From: the human T2T-CHM13v2.0 reference genome, Homo sapiens
Assembly (NCBI RefSeq): GCF_009914755.1
Contig: NC_060936.1
DNA length: 64,000 bases
Direction: 5' to 3' (one strand)
In this document: positions 54,546 through 64,000 of the stretch, piece by piece
Layout: each line of letters opens with the position of its first letter
How positions within the stretch are numbered: position 1 is the first letter of the stretch
Position numbers and translations under genes: made by a program
The notes under the pieces: generated by a model
Databases searched by the model: none
What the model saw: the letters and a program-made list of their open reading frames with translations, nothing else
What the model was told of the DNA's origin: nothing

Positions 54546-55124
54546 GACCATACTAGACTGTCCAAGAGGCCACAATGACAGTCTATGTCTGAAGTACTGC
54601 CACACATTAACTATTATGCACCCCCCTGGTGTGGGCTGCAATTCTGGAAGACTCTGATTATTGCAGACAAAAACCACACTCCCTTCTCAGTTAAGCATCT
54701 TTTCCAGGGTTTTGTCTTCCGGGCATTTATTCTTTCCTTGCTTTCTCAGGTTCCCATCTAAATATTGGAGCCCTGTGTCTTGAAGCAGAATCAGTCTGGG
54801 GGAACACCCTTTACCATAATTCTCCCTCTTTTCTGGAACAAAGACAATATTCCCTTTTCCTCCAAAAAAAAATATCATGCTATAGTAAAGAGCATTAAAG
54901 TAGAACATGGTTGTTAGAATTAACCTTGGATTTGAATTGAAGCTTTGCCATTTATTAGCTATGCCACCTTCAATAAGTTTCTTAGACTCTAAGAGTTTTT
55001 TAGTTTTCTCATTTGTACAATGAGCACAATAAACAGGTTGTTGTGGGGGTTGAGTGAGCTAATGTGTATAAACACCAAGCACAGACCATGGCTCAGTGTG
55101 AGTAAGGATAAATGCTAAGTGCAT

Positions 55125-55630
55125 CAGTTACCAATGCTTTGGGCTACAAGTGACAATATTCCCATTTAACAGTATCTTAATTCAAGCATGTGTTATCTCA
55201 TTCAACAAAAAGACTAGTGGTAGGCAGTTCCTGGGCTGACTCAGTGTTTCAACAATGTCATCAAAGGCCCAGCTTCTTTCCTTATTTTACTTGGTCATCC
55301 TTAGTATAGTGGCTTTCCGTGATCATACTTACACCTCATGGTCACAAGATAGCTGCAGCAGCTTCAGGTATAATATTCCCAAATTGCAGGAAGCAGGGAC
55401 AAGAGTGACCCAACCATCTTATAAGGTTTTTACCTGGAAAGGAAGCCTCATGTCTTCACCAGCCTTCTTCCTTCATTTCATCAGCTGACACTGTTCACCT
55501 CCCAATCAGTCCCTGGAAAATGGGAGTAGGATTATAGGAATCATAATATGAGCCTATTATGCTCATCCCTGAGACTAAGGAAATGTTCTCCTTTCCTCCA
55601 AATCTAGAAATCTTCGATCATTACAAAACT
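55125..55630 (-). mobile_element. Old MLT1 (J/K-like) LTR
   Basis: ctcatggtcacaagatagctgcagcagcttcagg. Confidence 0.55.
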
Positions 55631-56322
55631 GGTTACATTGGCTCAGAAGAAGGGGATGTGAGGTTTTTGAGTGAGTGACGACATCTATCACACTCACAAT
55701 CAGTTTTAGGAGCAATTCACAGTAAGGTCCAAGCTACCAGAGCTCCTGAAACAGCTTGAAACTTGTGCTAAGACTTTGAGGTATGAGGCATGGGTAGAGC
55801 TGGGAGCTGAGGCCACAGTTGGGAGCCTGTCATTCATTCTTAATACCTAGCCTCAGAGGAGCAGGTGTCAGCCCCAGAGCTGAGGCTGGAGGGGCCCTTG
55901 GGGAGAAAGAGGTGAGGAGACAGGTGTGAAAGGGAAGGAAAATTTAGCAAACAAGTTTCGCCTCCACCCAGGAGTGAGATTCCTGTGGTTTGCAAACTCT
56001 GGAATCTCTCACACTGAAGCCATAGACAACTGCTGAGGCTTTTCAGAGCTTGCCCTCAAAGTCATTCTTGGGCATCATCTAGGGAATATGAACTTCCTCA
56101 ACCCCCACCTCCAAACTAGGTCTTCTGCTGCAAGAGACTGTATGAAGAAGTCTGAAGCATTTCTAAGACAAATTAAGCCCATCGAGCTCACACCTTCCCT
56201 GGACTACACAGCGCATTTCATGGTATGAGAGGCCCTAGGCAAGACATTTGTTCTTCTCTAGATAAAGGTGTTTTGAGATCTAGAGATGAAAGAAAATATA
56301 AGAGACACGAGTTGGGCACTTG

Positions 56323-56475
56323 TCATTCATTCATTCAATCATTCATTCATTCATTCAATAACTATTTATTGAGTGCTTACTATGTGCCAGGCACTATTCT
56401 AATTGGTTGGGAATCAGTAGTGAAAAACAGGTAAAAATCACATTCTTCATGAAACCTAGTTTGTGGTGGGGAAAA
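56323..56475 (-). mobile_element. L2 3' end with (TTCA)n tail
   Basis: tcattcattcattcaat...tttattgagtgcttactatgtgccaggcactattc. Confidence 0.85.
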
Positions 56476-56601
56476 CAGGCAATAAGATAAATAAGAAAAA
56501 TGTATTGATATTAATTGATATTCCACCCATGGAACTTCTCTTAACCTACTTTCCACTTATGAAATAGTTCTCTGTTACCCAATATTTATTGCATGCCAGG
56601 C

Positions 56602-57000
56602 TGCAATAGTTAGTTTTATGTGTCAACTTTGCTGTGGTCCCAAAGCCCAGATATTTGGACAAACATTATTCTGGATATACCTGTGAGGGTGCTTTTTGGA
56701 TAAAATCTATGTTTAAATTAGTAGACTTTGAGTAAGGCAGATTGCCCTACATACTGGGAGTGGGCCTCAGCCAGTCAGTTGCAGGCCTGAAAAGAGCAAA
56801 GACTGACCTCACCCGAGCAAGAAGGAATTGGGCTAGAAGATAACCTTTGCACTCGAACTGTAACATCGACTTTTCTCTGGGTCTCCAGTCTGCAAATTTT
56901 GGACTTGCCAGCCTCCGTAATCATGTGATTAAACTGCTTGAAATAAATCTCTCTATATAATGTATACATATCCTATTGGTTCTGAACTCTGACTAAAACA
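56602..57000 (+). mobile_element. MLT2D-like ERVL solo LTR inserted in a MIR
   Basis: tgcaatagttagttttatgtgtcaact...ctctgactaaaaca; perfect TSD caggc. Confidence 0.9.
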
Positions 57001-57804
57001 CAGGCATTGTGCGCTAAGTGCTTTGCAGTTACTAACCTGATTGAATTCTCACAACCCAGTGAGGTCTTTTTATTTCCACCGCCCTCTTTGCAGATGAACA
57101 AAGCGTGGCTCCAAAAGTAAATTGCCAAGGCTACACATCAAGTAAGCAGCAACATCAGGATCTAAACCTAGGGCTGTGTGACATCAAGGTCTACACCCAA
57201 AATCTAACACACCCATTCAGCCCCATTTGCCACATGATGTCTGTCCCCACATCTCATGTTCCCCAAGGATTCCCATGTGGGAGCGTGAAGGGTCTCCCAC
57301 ACAGTAGAGGTGCAGTGATATATTTCCCACCTCTTTTTGATAACGGGTGAGTAGTATAGCTTGAATTGGATTCCTTATGACAAGATTACAAGAGAGCACC
57401 TTGTTTAAAATCTCTCTACCCTGATCCATTGAGAAAAATCTCTGTCCCTAGGATTAGGCTGAACAGAAAGTTCAATGAGTCAAAGTTGTTCTGGTGTGCT
57501 TTGAAGAAAAAATACTGTAGTGAAATTTCACTATCGGTATGGACTAGGACATGCTTTATATAATTGTGGGGCAAAAAGTATAGCTATATGAGTTGCACTG
57601 CCTAGGTTCAAATCCCAGCATCCCCACATACAGGCTGGGTGATCCCAGCCAACTTCCTTAACCACTCTGAGCCTCAGTTTTCTCATGATAACTCTAATAA
57701 TAAAAATTCACACTTCCCGCTCCCCAAGAGGCATAATGAAGCTTAAATACATCAGCACACACAAAGCTGTTGGGACAGTTCCTGGCAAAAATATAAGTAT
57801 CCAA

Positions 57805-58188
57805 GAAATGTGATATATATTCACCATGGAATACTATTCAGCCATAAAACAGAGTGAAATAATGGCATTTGCAGCAACCTGGATGGAATTGGAGTCCATT
57901 ATTCTAAGTGAAGTAACTCAGAAATGGGAAACCAAATATTGTATGTTCTATGTTCTCACTTATAAGTGGGAGCTAAGCTATGAGAATGCAAAGGCAGAAT
58001 AATGATATAATGGACTTTGGGAACTCAGGGAGAAGGGTGGGAGGAGGATGAGGGATAAAAGACTACACATTGGGTACAGTGTCCACTGCTCGGGTGATGG
58101 GTGCACCAACATCTCAGAAATCACCACTAAAGAACTTATCCATGTAACCAAACACCACCTGCTCCCCCAAAAGCTATTGAAATAAAAA
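57805..58188 (+). mobile_element. L1PB 3' end
   Basis: caccatggaatactattcagcc...ctcagaaatcaccactaaagaacttatccatgtaaccaaacaccacc...gaaataaaaa. Confidence 0.92.
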
Positions 58189-58276
58189 GTGTGTGTGTGT
58201 GTGTGCGTGTATATATATAGTATATAGTATATATATATAGTATATTATATATATATATAGTATATAGTATATATAT
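58189..58276 (+). repeat. Compound (GT)n/(TATAG)n microsatellite at the L1 tail
   Basis: Seen directly. Confidence 0.9.
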
Positions 58277-59419
58277 TGAAAGCACTGTGCCAAGTGCTTT
58301 GCAGTTACTGTCTTAATTAAATTCTCACAGGTATAAGTATCACAAGTTTTATTGGATAAATATCCAATGAACATTGGTTCTTATTTTGGGAGTAGCAGAG
58401 TTTAGGGTGTGTGGAATTCATACAGTGTGTATGTGCATATGTGCGTGTGGTGGGGTGCTAGTTAAGGAAATAAACAGACATTTGCTAAAGAATCTGGGGG
58501 ATTATGCAGTGAGGGGCCCCAGGGCCACAGGGCCCAATGTCTGCCAGCCCATAGGGTTATTCCCTGTGGTAGCAATATATTTTCCATCAGTGTCTCCAAG
58601 TCCTCAAAAAAATACATGTCTGAGCATAGGGTTTCCTTTATTTCCAAGTCTCATTTGATTATGTTCCTGACAGTGAGAAATCTCAGGATTTCTCACACCT
58701 TACAACGGTGTGACACTTAGAGAACAAGATTGCTGCAAGCACTGCCTCTGAACTTGGGCATCTATGGACTCCTCTCTGGGTCCTAGAGCCAACAGCACCT
58801 GTAATGGTCTCTCTCAATCCCCAGGCTCTTCTACCTAAACATTAGACAGGCTTAAGAAATAACTGCTGAAGGGGCAGGGTGAGCCCTCATAAGCCCAGCA
58901 GTGATTGTAGCTGGGGTCAAGTGTTTTTAAGAGCAGGTTTTAATTTTTTGATATTGCTCTCTTGGGTAACAGAGGTGTGTTTTGTTTTGTTTTTAACAGA
59001 ATACTCAACAAAGAGTGAGGCAGAGAAAAAAATAAAAGAAAATGGAAACAGCACTTCCACTGTCTGTGCAAATGATGATTTATAGTTACATGTGATGATT
59101 TTCACTTTGAGGTGTTTGCATTCTCCCCTTCCCACTTGACCCTCACCACAGTTCTGCGACATCAGCTAGGCTGGTGTGAACAGCTCTATGTTATAGATGG
59201 GGCAGTTGAAGTCCACAGGATTTAAAAGGGCATCCTTAGGTTGCACAGAGTGAGGAGTGAACCAGAATCTAAATATCTTAATGCTTTGTCTTATGCATTT
59301 TTTATTAAATAACAGCATTCTTGGAACATCTGGGTATTTTAAGCTCCATTTTACAGATGAGAAAATTGAGTCCCCCTAAAATGCAATGGGTTGTCCAAGA
59401 TCACTTCAGTTATAATAAT

Positions 59420-59675
59420 AGGAGGAGGAGGAGGACGAGGATGAGGAGGAGAAGGAAGAGAAGAAAGAGAAAGAGAAGGAGAAGGAGTAGGAGACGAACA
59501 AGAGGAAGAGGAAGAAGAAGAAGGAGAAGGAGGAGGAGGAGGAGGGAGGCGGAGAGGGGAAAGGGGAGGGGGGGAGGGGGAGGAAGTGGAGGAAGAAGAA
59601 AAAGAAGAAGGACGGGGGAGAAGGAGAGGGGGAGGGGGAGGAAGAGGAGGAGAAAGAGAGGAAGAAGAAGAAGAA
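59420..59675 (+). repeat. GAG/GAA polypurine tract with G-runs
   Basis: Seen directly; G4-like motif near 59556-59580. Confidence 0.92.
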
Positions 59676-60595
59676 TTAAGAATTAAGAATGACAGGGTGT
59701 ATCAGTCATCCTCGGTTATATTATGCTATGCTAACAAGAAAATCCCTTAGGGGCATGTAAAAATATTCCTCACATACACTATGGCCATTGTGGGTCAGCT
59801 TCAGCTCAACTCTAGATTCTGGGCCCAGGCTGAAGGAGCAGGCTCTGTCTGAGGTATTTTCAGTCTTGTTCCTTTTTCCAGGAGAAAGACTGATGGTGAT
59901 GGAACACTCAGGGGCTCTTAAGGCTCATGCTCAGAGGTGCTCGTCACTCATCCTTCACTGGCCAAAGGAACCCATGTGATAAGCATGGTATCAATGGGAC
60001 AGACAGTTATAATTCTCCCATCTGAAGAATCTCTTTAGGAAAGATGCCATAAAGACAGGAACACACATTTTTAATAATGTCCATTCTATCACTGTGGGAA
60101 TTGAAGACACGCAGTGAAGGTCTTATCGACTGCCATGCAGAAGGTTCTGCAGAAGCAAAGGCCAGGTGGCTAAATGAGACACAGAATCAGAGAGCAATGG
60201 GGCAGGTCTGGCTGGAGGGGAGGGTTCATGTAGGCCAATTTGACTCTGGGTCAGATTCCTCATTACACTGGGCAGGTCAGGCACCGACAAACACAGGGAC
60301 AGTGGATATATCTCAGCTACAGCACAGTTTACCACATCTGGAAAAAAGAGCAGTCAAGTGCCCTTAGACTGCATGTTATGGGTCCCTCGTGTTAGACTCA
60401 TCCATGGCTCTCCGCACCTCTTGGGTAACCTACGAATCTAGTTATTCCATTATCACCTTCAAGAATTGTCCTGCAGGCTCATGTTTTTGTGTTTTATTTT
60501 CATAAGTTTTGCCTTGTCCTCATTCCACCGATAAAATAAGTTAACATTATTCATTGAAAGGTACTTGCTTTTATAACATAAACAGATTTATGTAA

Positions 60596-60968
60596 GGTAT
60601 TAGTTCCTAGGGCTGTCCTAACACAGTGGCGCTGACTAAGGGGCTTAAGCAACAGAAATTTCTTTTCTCATAGTTGTGAAGGCTGGAAGTCTGAGATCAA
60701 GGTGTGGGCAGGGTTGGTTCCTTCTGAGGCCTCCCACCTTGGCTTGTAGACGACATCTTCTTCCTCTGTCTTCCCTCTGTACCTTTCTGTGCCCTAGTTG
60801 CCTCTTCTTATAAGGACATCAGCCCTATTTGATCAGGGCCCTCCAAAATGACCTCATTTTAACTTAACACCTCTTTAAAGGCCCTGTCTTCAAATACAGC
60901 CACATTCTGAGCTACCAGAAATTACAATTTCATCATATAAATTTGGGCACCCAATTCAGCCCATAGCA
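60596..60968 (-). mobile_element. MLT1A/B solo LTR
   Basis: tattagttcctagggctgtcc...aggctggaagtctgagatcaaggtg...caattcagcccatagca. Confidence 0.85.
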
Positions 60969-61674
60969 TGTTCCAAAGAAATATTATACCATAATCATAT
61001 TATACTATCACCATAAATAGAAAAACACTCAGTTGCCATACATAGAAGAACCTAGAACTGTGCCCAGCACATTAATAGGTGCTCAATATTTATGAAATAA
61101 ATGATTGAATAATAGTAAAAATAACCACAAATGGGGCAAAATTATTTTGTAACATTCTAAGTAGTTGATTATTAAAAGCTTGGAGCCTGATGTTCCTCTT
61201 TTTTAAAGTTGGGAGAGTACAAGTGCTGGAGGGGTGTTAAGGGCATGTTAGCACTAACAGAGACTTTCTGCCCTGCTCAATTAGAAAAGCAAAGACATAA
61301 TAAAGACAGTAAGTTTCTCTTCATGCAATTCTGTGTCATTTTCTCCTAATGTCTTCTCACATCCCATTGGAGGCTTATGTTTCACACTTGGAAAAACGTG
61401 GGCCTGCTCATGGGACAAAGCCACACTCTTACGAGAGAGCATAATGTCCTCCTGATCTCTCTCCAATCTCTCTCTCAGCCTCACAGCTGCCTGTTTTCCC
61501 ACACCTTACACTCTAGTGGGCTCATGTGAAGCAACTGAAGCATGGCAAGTTGTCTCATTCCTTTCTGTGTGCCTTCATACATCCTCCTACCTCTGCTAGA
61601 AACACCTTTCCTTACTCTGCTGGCTGGGTGATCTCCTCTTCATCCCTCAAGACCTATTCAAGAATGCCCACAGT

Positions 61675-62039
<365 letters not shown>

Positions 62040-62939
62040 CTAGCATTTGCAGCATAATTCCATCTTAATGGACAAAAATACAAATATAGTTCTGAAATCC
62101 ATGCATATGAACATATTAAAGCATGATGGGAATACAGCAATCTATTTTTGATTATCTGTAGTTTCTGATTTTTTTGACAGCCAATATGTATTCTTCTGTA
62201 ATGGTAATAAATAGCTACTTTTGATATTTTCAAAGAGCAAGTGTCTACAGGTTTTCTTTTGGGAACTCTTCTTGAATAATACCCTGCCCCTCAAGACCCA
62301 TGCACACACACACATGCACACACAAGCCCCAGGCAGGCAAAGACATTAACAGTCTTTTCTGCTAACCTTGCGTTTTGCCCATAAATTAATTAGTTCACTA
62401 ATCATTCTATTTGGGAATTATCTATTAATTTATTTCCTCCCCACCCTAGCCTGAGAGGCAATATTGTTAGATGTTAAGAGCATGGATCCTAGAGCTGCAC
62501 TGTCCAGTGTCAAAGCCTGGATCTACCCAGTCTCCATTGGCTCACTGACTATTAAGCATTATCCTATGCAAGGTGCTTTAGTTGGCAGGTGGGATACACT
62601 TGTATTCAGAATAGACAATGAATCTGCCATTCCAATGATAGGGTGGACCACCGAGACAGTCATCTGTAAGCATAATAAATTAGCAAAATCAATAGTATAC
62701 TAGAAGGCGCACATCAGGCTGTGCAAAAATGAAAATGCGGAGCACAGGGAGAGAGATTGAGAGTGTGGAAGGAAGTGAGTGAGGGAAGAGATAAAAATTT
62801 AATGAGGGTGGTCAGTTCTTACAGAGAAGGGAAATTTTGAGTAAGAACTTGCAAGGAGAGAGGGTGTTATCCATGCAGATAACTGGTAGAGGAGCATTCC
62901 AGGGTAGAGATGGCCAGTGTAAAAGCAGGAGTATTCTTA

Positions 62940-63612
<673 letters not shown>

Positions 63613-64000
63613 TCTGGTGTTTTGGAGAAATGGGAAGAAAACCAGAGTAACCTGGGGCAGATTGAGTGACAGGGAGTATAGTGGGTAATGAAGTAAGAGA
63701 GGCACCTCTCCAAGGAGCTAGACAAGAGGGAAACAAATCAGGTAGGACTTTGTAGGGCACTGTATGAACTTTGCTTTTACTCCAAGGGAACTGGGGAGCC
63801 ACGGCAGCATTTTGAGCTGAGAGTGACACACTCTGAACTATGCTCCAAAAGCATTCCTCTGGTTGCTCTGCTGAGAATAAATTGTAAGAGAAAGGAATAG
63901 AAGCTGCAAGAACAATAGAAATCTGATGAAACAATTCAGGGGGGAGATGAAGGTGTCTTGGATTAGGCTGGAGGGGAGAGCCATTGTCAGATTCTGAGTA

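Overview
Non-coding mammalian DNA from a catarrhine primate, most likely human (AluJ/AluS/AluY, THE1, L1PA/L1PB, MLT, MER, MIR and L2 relics are all present). It looks like a gene desert or a large intron; I cannot name the locus. I find no credible protein-coding exon, tRNA, rRNA or CRISPR array. The ORFs in the track are Alu read-through, low-complexity translations, an L1 ORF2 remnant or chance ORFs. Much of the window is interspersed repeat (11 Alus, several nested insertions with readable TSDs). Repeat subfamily names are from recalled consensus sequences, not a RepeatMasker run, and boundaries of ancient elements are approximate. The most interesting structure not explained by TEs is a set of local templated duplications: (i) a ~330 bp inverted duplication of apparently unique DNA (23623-23950 / 24945-25278; 85% identical with no gaps over 280 bp) whose best-kept core holds TF-motif matches; (ii) a near-perfect 70-74 bp homeodomain-motif-rich module present twice, 1.9 kb apart (16128-16201 / 18010-18079); (iii) a 175-185 bp tandem duplication later hit by an AluSc; (iv) a fold-back rearrangement inside a MER3; (v) a probable local copy between an L1PB tail and its target site. 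Several TE-free, CpG-retaining or motif-dense islands are candidate enhancers. The sequence alone does not establish a new biological system; these are leads.
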